Shown here: positions 52,412 through 64,000 of the stretch, in pieces
Layout: the number at the start of each line of letters is the position of its first letter
Numbering within the stretch: position 1 is the stretch's first letter
Source of the DNA: Balanoglossus misakiensis
Lineage: Eukaryota; Animalia; Hemichordata
Assembly (NCBI GenBank): GCA_040954595.2
Contig: CM082597.2
Coordinates: 5,585,244-5,649,243 of the forward strand
Direction: 5' to 3'
DNA: 64,000 nucleotides
Position numbers and translations under genes: made by a program
Notes under the pieces: model-generated
Seen by the model: the letters and a program-made list of their open reading frames with translations, nothing else
Databases searched by the model: none
What the model was told of the DNA's origin: nothing

Positions 52412-52851
52412 ACCCCGGTGCGGGGTATAAAAGACCCCCAGAATCAGTGGCGAATCTTAATGCCGTTTGACTGACAACAGACAACACCAACGATCTTGGC
52501 TCTATGAAAATCGGCCCAAACAGGTCCAAGCATAAAGAATTACACCACACAACGACAGTAGTTGGCATTATAAACACACACAACATAAAGTTATCGACGA
52601 AAAAGTACACGAGCTTTTGAAACAACGATGATTTTGGCAGAAATCTGGTTTGAGTGCTTTTCAGAAGTGTCCCTGGGAAACAATAACCACGCCTTTCAAA
52701 CAGCTGTCAATCGCGTGGAAGTGTAAAGTGTTCAATTATTTTCTGTGTACATGAGAGCAATTACACAGTCATTATGCACGACGACCACTCCCAAATAAAC
52801 AACTATACAAACACACGTTAATCCGAACCCCGGTACTTTCCGCACCGGGGT
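52412..52851. mobile_element. TTAA-flanked non-autonomous DNA element with ACCCCGGTGCGG TIRs
   Basis: ttaa|accccggtgcgg ... ccgcaccggggt|ttaa. Confidence 0.8.
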
Positions 52852-53954
52852 TTAATAATTCTTTCCTTTCTTCAATGTTTTGGTTAACCTATAATCTTTT
52901 TCTACCTACATGGAATTATTTTTCTGCATGCTCTTACATCCTCCAATGCAGATTCATTTCGGTGAAAATACCAGGAAATAAAGGATAAATAAATTGGAGG
53001 AGCATGTCACCTGGAAACTTATTGAACCCCTATACTGCATAACATTTACTATATTAACGTTACATAAGACATATTTTCATGGATTGAAAATTCCATCAAG
53101 ATGATCGATAGTACACATCATTCTATTTGATATGAAATCCTTATACACAGGATAGCTCATGGTGTACAAGCCTAGGAAAAGGGATATTTAATCACAGACA
53201 GAGATCTGTTTATTGGATACAATCTAACATTTTGTACAACAACGAAAAGCTTTGCCTTCGTTTTCGTACTGACTACGGTCAAAGTAGTCCTTGTATACCC
53301 GTCTCTTTCGCGCGTGCGCTGTTGATTTATGCTGTACGCCCTCTATGGTGACACTCACACATACTTGGGTCAAATTGAGGCGAACTGGAAGGTGGTTTTT
53401 AAGGACCCTGAGTAGATATCGATGTCAAGATTCGAGACACCAGTGAACATTTCTTGGAAATTCGCAGTTCATTCAATGAATATTTAACGGTAAGAGCCCG
53501 GATGCTGTGTACATGTTCGTTCGCGTTACAACTTCTACGCATGCGCTATCATATCCGGGTCAAACCAGGTCACTCCAAAATGTCGACGGGAGAATAGGTA
53601 GGGAACCATGTACAAGGAAAAAACCCTGATATGTAGGCAGGTGATTGTTCCATAAGGGCACATACATTAGCTTATTAGTCACTAGAAGTATCGGGGACAA
53701 TTGTAAATATTGCAAAGCGGGTAGAAAGTCGGAACTCGTTAGAAAAGGCGTGTACGTCATACATGTGTTGATTCTGGTCAACACGGAAACCGCAATCATT
53801 TTTATCAAACACAAAACAGCGTTGAACTCAGAAGGCTGTGTGGCTCGACATTGCAGTTCAAAGGAAGCGACTACGATTTACTTATTTGTATGAATATTGA
53901 TGCTGGCGAGTTCGGGCAACTCTTCATAGACTGTGAATCAATCACTCCAAAACA

Positions 53955-55315
53955 ATGCCCAATCTAGCTGACCGAGGGACAAGACTCAGGTCTTTTTGTG
54001 CTCATTATTCGTTACTCTTTGCCAAGGTGGTTTTCACTGTCTGTATCCTGCTGTTTGCTGTCATCCCGCTACGTGCTTACCGCCGTCTCCAGAGACTGCT
54101 CGTGGAGGACAACAGGCATCTGTGTGTCGCCACAAGGCTCCTGCAGCATTGCTGTTTTGTTGGACTCCTTCAGGGTATGTGTGGTGTGGTGCCGTTGATC
54201 ACCGGCGGGACCCTCACATCATGCATCAGCTGGATTCTGTCGACCCTCGTCATTTTGTGGGAGTACCAAGCCCTCCAGAACAGAGAGGTCAGCCTCCGTC
54301 CCCCGTCCCGGTACCAAAGATGCAAGAGCGTGTTTCTCTGCTGTGCATTCTGCCTGACGCTAACAGCGTGGTACGTACCGAAGGAGATCACCTGGGTGAC
54401 GGTCTTGTACTTGCCGTCAGCGGCGTTTGTTGCTGTTGTCGTTGAAGAGAGACTTCAAGGGATATTACAGGCGTCCGTGGAGGAACGCTTTGACGAGATA
54501 TACGACATCATTACGAGCGAGTTCGACTTGGTCCCGCATGGACCGTCTCTCAGAGAGCCAAAGACTGTCTTCAACAGCATCTGGTTCAATCTATACAACC
54601 TCAGTGGCTTTGAAGAACACCAAGTGCAAATCTGGCAACAGTGTATTATCACCATATCGTCCTGTTTCTTCTTATTCGTCAGATTCATCCAGTGGTGGCA
54701 AGGCTGGGATCCGCACCTGTACCTAACTAGCCCCGCCACATGGCTTCAATTTGCCATAGTTTTCGTTTCAAATGTATACATTCCGTGCTTCAAGCTGAAA
54801 CTTGCACAGATTGAAATGTTCAATGCGATGAGGAGGACTCATGAAATCGCCAAGGCAACCAGCGAACAGCTGACGGAGCACGACGACGACTGCCCGGTGT
54901 GCTTGCTGCCTCTCAGGAAAGGCAGGGTCACCAGGTGTGGACACATCTTCCATGCAAAGTGTCTGGCCAGGCACCTGGAGACGCGCCGCAACTGCCCCAT
55001 GTGTCTGCAGCCTTTGTTCATCACACAAAGCTCTGTGATTACCCAGGCTGTCAATGACGCGAGGCAGCAAGGCCATGCTGATGCCCCCGAGGATGGTATT
55101 AATGAGGGCGGGGCACCAGGGGAAGACGTAGAAGACGACATTGAACGGTTATTGCAGATAGATGATGTTGACTTGGACATGTTTGAGCTTGATAATGATA
55201 TTGGAGATGATGACAGCAACCATGGTGGTGGTAGCGATGATGATGATGATGGTGATGATGATGATGATAAAGATGGCGATAAAGATGATGATAACAACAG
55301 TGGTGGTGGTGGTGG

Positions 55316-55346
<31 letters not shown>

Positions 55347-55403
55347 AAAGATGGCGATAAAGATGACAGCAGTGGTGGTGGTGATATACAAACAGACCAG
55401 TAA
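53955..55403 (+). CDS. Multi-pass membrane RING-H2 E3 ubiquitin ligase (RNF145/RNF139-TRC8-like C-terminus) with Asp/Gly-rich tail; single coding exon
   Basis: 482 aa ORF with several hydrophobic helices and 'ATSEQLTEHDDDCPVCLLPLRKGRVTRCGHIFHAKCLARHLETRRNCPMC' (C3H2C3). Confidence 0.85.
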
Positions 55404-56184
55404 CTAAGTTTTCCACGAGGCAGCATCCGCTCTGGATCCATGTGCCATTTTATTGAATGTGATACGTTTGTGTCCAGAGAGTTGAATATGCATAAACATG
55501 ACATGTAATAATTGGCTGAATGCTGAATACAATGTAGAACGTTCAGCTGCTCTTCAAGAAGAGCTGAAAAATATTACAATCACTTCAGAGAGCAACTTGC
55601 ATGTTCGATCCCCTTAACCGTTCTGAGAATGTCAATGCTTGACGGATTGTCGAGTGGACGTACAAATGACAGTTGCTAGTCCGTTTACAACCACACAATG
55701 CAGATATGTATAATGTCGCCTGGTTAATGTTTATTCCCAATGCAATGCATTTATAGAGGATATTGTACAAGTCTAGAGAAAGCTTCAAGAAGAAATAAAT
55801 TCAGGATCTAATTGAATTATTTAAATTAACAAAGTTGGAAAATAGTTAATTATTATTAAAAATGTTTAAAATGCGCTACACATACGTCTCAGCGCATTGT
55901 ACATAGCTAAAAGAGTAGATTAAAAAAATACAAGGCTGGATAAAATAAATAAAAGGACACAAAAACATTACACATCAAACTGAGTAAAAAATGGTGAAGG
56001 TGCTAATTTTAATTAATGTATCGTATTTTTAATATCCCTGATTTTAATATTTGGTTCTCATTTACGAATGACAAGATATTGCATATATCCTTTCTTATTC
56101 TGTGGAATTGATTGTAAACGGAAGCCTTCTACCGAGACAATCTCAACACAGAAGTTACATTGTGTTTGCTTTCGTTTGCGGACT

Positions 56185-58846
56185 TCAATAAGGAAACTCT
56201 TGTCCGTCATATGTAAAGAAAGCATCGTGGCTAGTCTCGTTTGTTCTTGCCATATAGTCGAGTAGATTTTTAGCAGCTTCGTCGGGGGTTATGTCGCCAT
56301 CAGGACCACCAAAATCTGTTTTTACCCAGCCGGGATACAAAAGCGCGCATAGTATCTTCTCATCGTTGCTGTTTAGTTCTTGACAGATCAGTCTCATCAT
56401 CATATTCAGCGCCGCCTAGTATAGTGAAAAGGGGCAAAAAAGGACAACCAATGAAACAAAATAAACCGCAAGAATCATGAAGTTAAAAGAGCGAGTTAGA
56501 GTTCCATTCCATATCGGATACGTCTGACATGGACTTCTGTTTTCCGGAGTTATGTTAATGATATGTTAATGAGGCTATAATTTTTATATCATCATGAATA
56601 TGCAAATTATTACTTCGGAAAACCTGATTGATATTTTTGATGTACCCAGCTCTACTTGAATTCATGAAAGCCGCATAGCGCTTGCTAATATGGTGCATAT
56701 TTCATGTGGAGGACTACAAAATATCGTGAATTACGCATGGTCTGGACGATAGTTTTCGCTTCGTAAAGTATGACCTAGTTGTTTGTAACTACGATTTTCA
56801 CAACGTCGCCGGACATGCGCATTGCATGATTTCTAATTTTAATAACGAACGCAAAATCGCGATTAACCCTGTGCAAATATGTACCACTCCAATGGGTATG
56901 GGCCTTTCAGATGAGAATCGCCTGTTTCAAGTTACCCCCTCAAAAAACAACAACAAACAAACAAACAAACAAAAACAAACAAACAACAACACCCCAATAA
57001 ATCGAATGCTTCTCCCCTACTGAGTATTTCCCAACATGTACAGACGCCCACCTTTGACACGCTGAACGAATTCCAATGACAGCCCAGTCGGTGTTCCATC
57101 TTGGATACTGACCCCCATATGGCCGTCATGGTGAAGATTGCCGCCTGTGTGGGATCGAACTTTCCATCTGTGATCTGTTTGGAGGCACGCTGAATCAGTG
57201 GCAGGAAATTCTGCGGGAATGTATGGAAAATAGAATGACGCTAGTATCAAAGAGATTAATAGAATCTCACACCCGAAAAATATGGGAATACATGCATTTC
57301 AAGTTTTGATGGCAGGTATAGCCGAGACATGAGTGAATTGATAATGTCGGCGGCAATATAGAAGACGCACCTTAGTTACCATTGTAGTCCCCACGCAATT
57401 GATGTTCAACGTTCTAGTCATTTTTTCGACAGTTAAATCCGCAAGTCTATCCGTGAACTCTTCGAGTTGGACTCCAGCGTTGTTGATGAGTATGTTCAAA
57501 CCGTCGCTTCCCACCATGCTTTGCACGCGCTCTGCACACGTCACGATGCTTGCCTCGTCCTCCAAATCTGCCAAATGCAAGAAGAAGTGACAGCTCCATA
57601 ACTAGTAGAATTTTACCCACTCACCGCCATAGTTTGGTCCAAACCAATTGTTTTCTGTTGGTTACGTTGGACCTCCTAACGGGGAATGGGGGTGTAAAAC
57701 AGTAAATTGATGAGACGAGAAAAACATTTCAAATACAAAAGGAAATCGACTCTGATAGGATATATACTGAACTTAATCATTATCGTAGTACATGTATTCA
57801 TTTCGTTTAATGTGTTTTAAGACAGAATAAAAAGCTGACTCGGCAGATTTTTTTTCAACTATGTTCACGGCATTGTATTTCGAGACCAGTACGGTGACCC
57901 CATTTTTTGAGTTCACACAAAAATCGGCCATAATGAAACAAAAAACTTTCAACCCTTTCTATTCACCGATCATACATCCTTAACCCTTTGAATGCCGCAT
58001 TTTTCTCGGTGGTGCAACATTTTTTTTTAGTTTCACCCATTTTTCTCAATTTTTTCCCTTAATTTTAGACCAAGTGGACATAATTTTCGATTGTCTGCAG
58101 GTCTCCATCAAAATTTGGGAAAAAATGTGAAAACATTTATGAGGTTTCATATTTTGGAAGATGACGACAAGTTGACTATGGCGTTGAAAGGGTTAAACCA
58201 TTCTGTGGTACAATTTTGTAGAACAACTTTATCAGAGACGGCGAAGATACTTACCGAGCTTCAGAACGTGGACCGATGGGTTGGATATGGACAGATTTCT
58301 CAGCTCCTTAAAAAGACACGACCATGTAACAATTTGAGACAAGTGTCGATGTCAGTTGGACGGGAATCATGAACGCGGCAAAAACATCACTTGTGTTTAG
58401 TAATAATTGTAGTCGGTCTTCAAGTTGTGTAGTTCCAATGTAAGTTCGTTTGTTGTCAGTTCAAGCCTGTGGCCAGAACGGCCATCGTGACATGAGCCTC
58501 AGCGCCTATACATAAAATGTGTGTGTGTTAATGCTCTGTGTTTACCATAGGCAAATAGTGCCGCAAATTTGTTCGAGTGTTAACCTGGTGAAAGTCGTCG
58601 ATAAAGATTTTTTTTAAACTTTCAAATCAGAACTACAGACACAGGTAGAGTCGTCCGGTCAACGTTGAAATGGAATTTTTAGATATAGAATGTTTTATTT
58701 ACCTCTGCCTCTTCAGGTTTTCTGCAAGTAGCGAAGATGTGCTTCGGTGGCGAAGATAAAGCTGGAAGCTGACGAACGAATCCAAGTCCGAGACCGCGGT
58801 TAGCACCGGTAATCAGGACTGATTTCCCTTGCAGTTCATATGCCAT
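56185..58846 (-). CDS. C-factor/CsgA-like short-chain dehydrogenase/reductase with atypical active site
   Basis: Exons: 58846-58703 (SVLITGANRGLGLGFVRQL), 58306-58255, 57567-57371 (GLNILINNAG), 57210-57052, 56415-56185 (AALNM...YPGWVKTDFGG). Phases are consistent. Confidence 0.9.
57984..58192. mobile_element. piggyBac-like MITE
   Basis: ttaa|ccctttgaatgcc ... ggcgttgaaaggg|ttaa. Confidence 0.75.
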
Positions 58847-58999
58847 GGTGTCGCGTTGATGCCAAGTAGTCTGAGCACAGATAGATGGACTGTGATACGA
58901 TCAGCTTCCCACAACACTATTTATGTACTCATGTATAACACTGTGGCATTGTACAAAAGTTATTGTATAATCATTGAATGCAGAAAAAAAACATGTACT

Positions 59000-60200
59000 G
59001 GATCCGGATATGACACGAACCCGAAAAGGCTATTGAATCCTTCCTAACAAAATATGACACCTTTGTTAGACAGGTATTTGGCCAATTTGTAAGAAAAACA
59101 GATTTTTTTTTCTCTCTTTTTGTGATTGTGACTTTTGAACTTTTTTTACACGACGGACATTTTTTTATTTATTTGAAGTATTTTTGCTACTTGTAAAGAT
59201 TGTGCGTGTTTCTTGTTAGATTGAAAAAAGAATATAACAAAATGTTTGAACCGCATGAATATTCATGTAAGAGCTCACTCACGTGCACGTGAGAAAAGGC
59301 CAGTCAGTCGATTATCGTCTGCGTCATAATCCTTATATAATAGTGTCAGGGGCAAAGTATAAATTTCCGGTAGGCGGCTCCTTGAACAGGAAAATAGCAT
59401 GCAGTGACTTGATCGGGCATAGTGGACAATGCTTCAGTTGGTATTGTCATGGAGGTTGCGGAAATCGGTTACGTCACTGTGGTCTTTCTTTTAAAGTTAT
59501 GTGAGGCGTGCAGTCTATCAGTTGCAGATATTCACTGTTCTGTCTTTGATTTCTGTATGCTAGTTAATTCCCATTCTCACACTCCTGGCACGCTGGGAGT
59601 GTGAGAACAGAGTGTGAGAACAAATTGTTCTCACACTCTCACTGAATCGAAAGCTGTATATGACGCGAGCGCTGATTGGTTGACAAAGCGTTCTTTTGCT
59701 ACGCGCGCTAAAAGTTATCCAATGGCGCGATGTGTGTTACAGGGACAGAGACTACAACGTGCCCCAGACGACAGTTCCAGAGTCCCAGGTCCTTGGGAGT
59801 GTGAGATTCTATTATTCCCATCGTTTGGGGCTTATTCCCGAAGATTCCAAATTCCGAGTTGCTGAAACCCTAGAATGGAACTAAACCACTACTTTTGTCC
59901 TGCTTGTTGTCGTCGTTGTTGTTGTTGTTAAAAAAAATAGCGCGAGATATGCATCGCGAAAATTGCTTTGCCAGAAAAACTGGACCTGGATATGACACGA
60001 AAAAGGCTGTTCAATCCCTCCTAAAAAAATAACAAAAGATTAATACCCTGTTAAAATACACCTTGGTTATAAAGGTAAAAGGCGTATTTTGGCCAATTTG
60101 TAAGAAAAAAAATTATAAAAATGTTTGAACCGCATGTTAATTCATGTTAAGAGCTCACTCTCGTGTTTTATATTGAACGGGCCAGTCAGTCGATTATCAT
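59000..60200. repeat. Local direct duplication (~59005-59320 and ~59987-60200) upstream of the SDR gene
   Basis: Shared blocks 'ggatatgacacgaa', 'ttggccaatttgtaagaaaaa', 'aaaatgtttgaaccgcatg', 'aagagctcactc' and 'ggccagtcagtcgattatc'. Confidence 0.8.
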
Positions 60201-61043
60201 AATCATTATATAATAGTGTAACCAAGGTGACGGGAAGACGAGTGTGGTTCACAGTGTGGTTCCCCTGGTATTGGCATATCATGATTAAATCTGATAGTAT
60301 TCCGAAAGCGTGGCAAATTGTGAAACATGAGTCCATGTTTCATATATTCAGCTGAAAGAAGAGTTTTCATATTTTCCAAAACACATATGGACGCCTATTA
60401 GGGCAACGTTTGTTTTTCTTTAAATCGGTTTTCGCGAGTTTTCTTTTTTATATATTCGATTTCGCGATTTTCTTTCATTTCAGCTCTTTTTTAATAGTAA
60501 CTGGTTCTATTTTTAGCTAATAGTAGCTTTTGTTTTCGTGGAAAAAAAACTACAGGTCCATTTAGCCACCTGTAATAGAGGCATTGAGATTTAGCCTACC
60601 ATAATTTTTATGGCCATGAAATCGTTATTTAATTTTTTTAACAAATATGGAGGGGGGGGGGGAGAATTGAGGGGGGGGATAATTTGTTTGTTTGTTGGCC
60701 ATCTACCAAACTGCTGTAAAAGACAGCTCGCCTAAGCATGTTGTTTGGTCGAGTAAACAGAAGTCATGCGCACAGTCATCAGTGTTATCAGACATAAGTC
60801 TTTAATTGAACCTTTCCCAAAATGATGAAATACAATAATTTCCCATCGAAGAATATTAATTACTTCCAAGAGCATCATCATCACCACCACCACAACCACC
60901 ACCACCGCATTTTTTCATTTATGCCTTTGATGTCTTCATTTGTCAATGACAGAAAATGTTTTTCTCGCGGTTTTGTTTCTATAGTCCGATTCATTTTCAT
61001 AAATTACCAGTTGAATATGATGCATCTGATTCCACGAGATCGT

Positions 61044-61855
61044 TTAATCACATCTAGAAAGAAAAAGAATGGGAGTTAGAGAGTGGAAACAGTTTTTATG
61101 CTCACAATAAAACCACTGACGGTTGCTAATCACCAATATTTCAATGGACTGCTCGGCAACCGTAGCACTACACGAAGTATGGTACTGCAGTGAATGTAAA
61201 GTGCTATTCTAGTGCAAGTACGAATACATCTCTGTAACTGCTGTTAAAGATTCTTATCTTAATGAAGATATTTCAAAATTGTACGCTATTGCATTTTAGG
61301 GACAAACAGTAACAACGATAAAGACAACTGCATGCATCATGGAAATCGGTCATTTGCTTTGGATATACGTTTTCACTAAATGGTGCATACCTCATGTCAG
61401 AAACTTGCCAGCTGGCACCAAATTGATTAACATCTTTGGTGATACGTCCATCTGCCATCTTAAAATCGTTCATTGGGTTGCCATCTGCATCTCCCAGCAA
61501 TCCACAAAGCTTCCCTTCACGTTCCCCAGTCAACACAGCAGAGAACAGGTGTCGTCGGCCATCCCAGGTCAGTGTGAACACTGGTCCAGTGTTTTGATCT
61601 ACCAGTTTTGCTGTGAAGGATTTGTCTTCTGTCTTGTTGACCCAAGCTGTAAAATGTCCATCCTCAATGGAAAACTTTGTTTCCATCTTTTTCCCATCGA
61701 CCTAATTTGAATATACGGATTCGTTGTGTCAACTGTTTCCTAATTACAAAGACGTTTGATGGTGTAGATAAAATCTATGTACATACCAATGTGAAGTCAA
61801 TAATGCCCAGTTGAATGGGAGATATGTTGCTAACAATTGCATCAATGTGTTTGTT

Positions 61856-61905
<50 letters not shown>

Positions 61906-63817
61906 AGTGTGTGTGTATGTGTGTGTGTTTAACGATTAAGCATTTTCAAATAATATATAGAAAACATACATAGCAACTGTCCCGGTCCATGGCGATAGTT
62001 CTTGTACCCATGATAATACGCAAAGCGGTGGCTCTACTTCTCACTTCTTGCTGTATGGGGTCACGTGGTTCAAACTTCGCGATGACTTCAAATCGTGGCT
62101 TGGCATCTGAACAATCCTTGACAAGTGTGTACCAGCACAGTCCTTGGAAACTGTAACGGCGACCATCGAACGTCACCATGTGGGGATCATGAGTGACTGA
62201 ACCGGGTGGTGGGAGTTTGGGTGGGGGTGTGGGTGGGGGTGTGGCTGCGGAGGAAAGTGTGAGTTATCAAACATTTAGCATTTTGATTGCGAGAACATTA
62301 TCTTTATAATGCCTTCAAACCCGTTTTACCTTTGTTCTTATAAAACCACTGCTATAAATGTGTATTCATACCGATTAAAAATATCATGCACCCTTCTGAA
62401 TTAAAATGCCCATTCTGGTTTTTATCGTGAGCGAGTAGAAATGTCAAACAAAACTAGCCCACCAGCATAACACTTCATACTAGTATTGATTTGCATCATT
62501 TGGACCAGTTTCCTTAAATTACACACATACATCTATAACAAGTTCTAAAATCACATCTGAGGTACATCAGTTAAACTATCCAGCTTATATGATTGTTGGT
62601 ATTCCATACTACCTTATGACACTTTATTGCATGAGTTAAATTGCATTCTTTCAACGAGAACACCCCTAGCTACTTAAGCATGGTAATAGTAATACACGGT
62701 AAATCTCAAATGATTGTACTTTGTGTATCATTTCATTTTATTTAGGCGTCATACATTATCCATAAATCCTGTTAACAATGTGTTATACAGCTATGAATAT
62801 ATATGTTTAACGAATAGATGAATTCATATTGTAGATATTCTTTAAGTAAACATTTAAAGGGTCCTAATTTACTAAAGATTTACTCCTGTGTTTTAGTAAT
62901 GAGGCAGCGTTCTTTGCAGAAATACCCGTTACTAACATAGTAATGGTTAATGTGCTTTTCGTTGTGTTTACGCTAACACTGTGGGGTCATTCGGTTTCTG
63001 CAATTTGTCAAAAGGGGTTGACCATGCTTGTCAATTTTTGTCAATGGTGCCAGTGCCATACATACATACACGCACGCACGCACGCACGCGCACGCACACA
63101 CACACACACACACATACACACATACACACATACACACATACATACATACATACATACATACATACATACATACATACATACATACATACATACATACATA
63201 CATACATACATACATACATACATACATACATACATACATACATACATACATACATACATACATACCCATTATATATCGTGTACCACAATCAGTACAGTCA
63301 TGACCATGGTCACAGAGGGCTGCCTCAGTACCGTAGTTACCATCTTCACAAACGCCATTGTTGGTATAAATGCCACAACTGTCCTTACATATCTCTGGTT
63401 CTGTAATTGACAATAACAAGAGAGACATGTGGGTGACTAACCGACAGTAAGAGTAACAGATACATGAATCGATGGGTGGACGGATGGAGAACAGATGGAT
63501 GGATGAAATTATGTTTCACGCAATGCCATGAACCAAACGCGTGAAAAACTACAACAGCTCGCTTTGATACAAGGTTGTATACCATAGATTCAGTTTAATC
63601 ATTTAACACTTCCATTTTCAGGCAAAGGAGAAATTTATCTGAATCATAAGAACTTTTGTTATTGGTTCATAAAAAACACACAGAGCCGATCTGCATGAAT
63701 GAAAGATTGTACACCCCAAAAACTAAAATGATGAATTGTTCAGTGCTGGTCATGGTAACAATATTGAGCGTACACTATATAACAATAAAAGATCTACTTA
63801 CGTAGGTGTACATCCCC
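61044..63817 (-). CDS. 3' part of a protein with a Cys-rich module, Pro-rich linker and C-terminal VWD domain (5' end outside window)
   Basis: Exons: candidate 63817-63802, 63400-63266 (CKDSC...NGVCEDG...CDHGHDCTDCG), 62244-61970 (HDPHMVTFDGRRYSFQGLCWYTLVKDC), 61701-61391 (LCGLLGDADGNPMNDF...FGASWQV), 61053-61044 (RCD*). Confidence 0.8.
61860..61930. repeat. (GT)n microsatellite
   Basis: Direct reading. Confidence 0.95.
63058..63265. repeat. Compound (CACG)/(CA)/(CATA)n microsatellite
   Basis: Direct reading; intronic in the VWD gene. Confidence 0.97.
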
Positions 63818-64000
63818 CTGGAAAATGTAAATATATGAATATTATATGTATATGTAACATTTGTTTTTAAAAGCAACTCTGAAGACTAAAATAATCATAG
63901 TTCACTCGGATAGAAATAAGTATAGCAATAGCATAAAGTAACGTCAAGCAAACGCAAAAATACCAGTTTATCATTATTGGTTCTTTATGATTGATGAAGA

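Noticed and set aside
54839-55504. Antisense and alternative-frame ORFs over the RING gene tail
   Set aside because: Shadows of the GAT/GGT repeats in the real CDS.
62943-63410. HTYI/MYVC repeat ORFs
   Set aside because: Translations of (CATA)n; only 63266-63400 on the minus strand is a credible exon.

Overview
AT-rich, intron-containing animal DNA, probably a marine invertebrate deuterostome such as a hemichordate or echinoderm (inference from gene content and repeats). The left half (1-~30.2 kb) is a tandem duplication of a ~17 kb unit carrying an unusual multi-exon gene. Reading splice sites and phases gives a complete copy 2 (15050-27622, 17 exons, 1432 aa). Its architecture is a degenerate GT4/GT-B glycosyltransferase-like domain, 12 symmetric phase-1 acidic+Lys/Arg micro-exons, a TRADD-N-like domain, a helical/coiled segment and a six-bladed NHL beta-propeller. 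The paralogs are almost identical across the TRADD-N-like exon and its introns but differ specifically at the predicted top-face loops of the NHL propeller, as expected for a diversifying immune-type receptor family. The intron before the NHL exon holds a ~144 bp satellite with an RFX X-box in each unit. The right half holds a membrane-anchored VWDE-like gene (31130-41545), IFT46 (43025-51057), an intronless TM/RING-H2 ligase (53955-55403), a C-factor-like SDR with a Tyr-to-Phe change in its catalytic motif (minus strand) and the 3' part of a VWD gene (minus strand). There is also a truncated L2/CR1-type LINE, many MITEs/foldbacks and microsatellites. All exon models and family calls were read by eye, without database searches.
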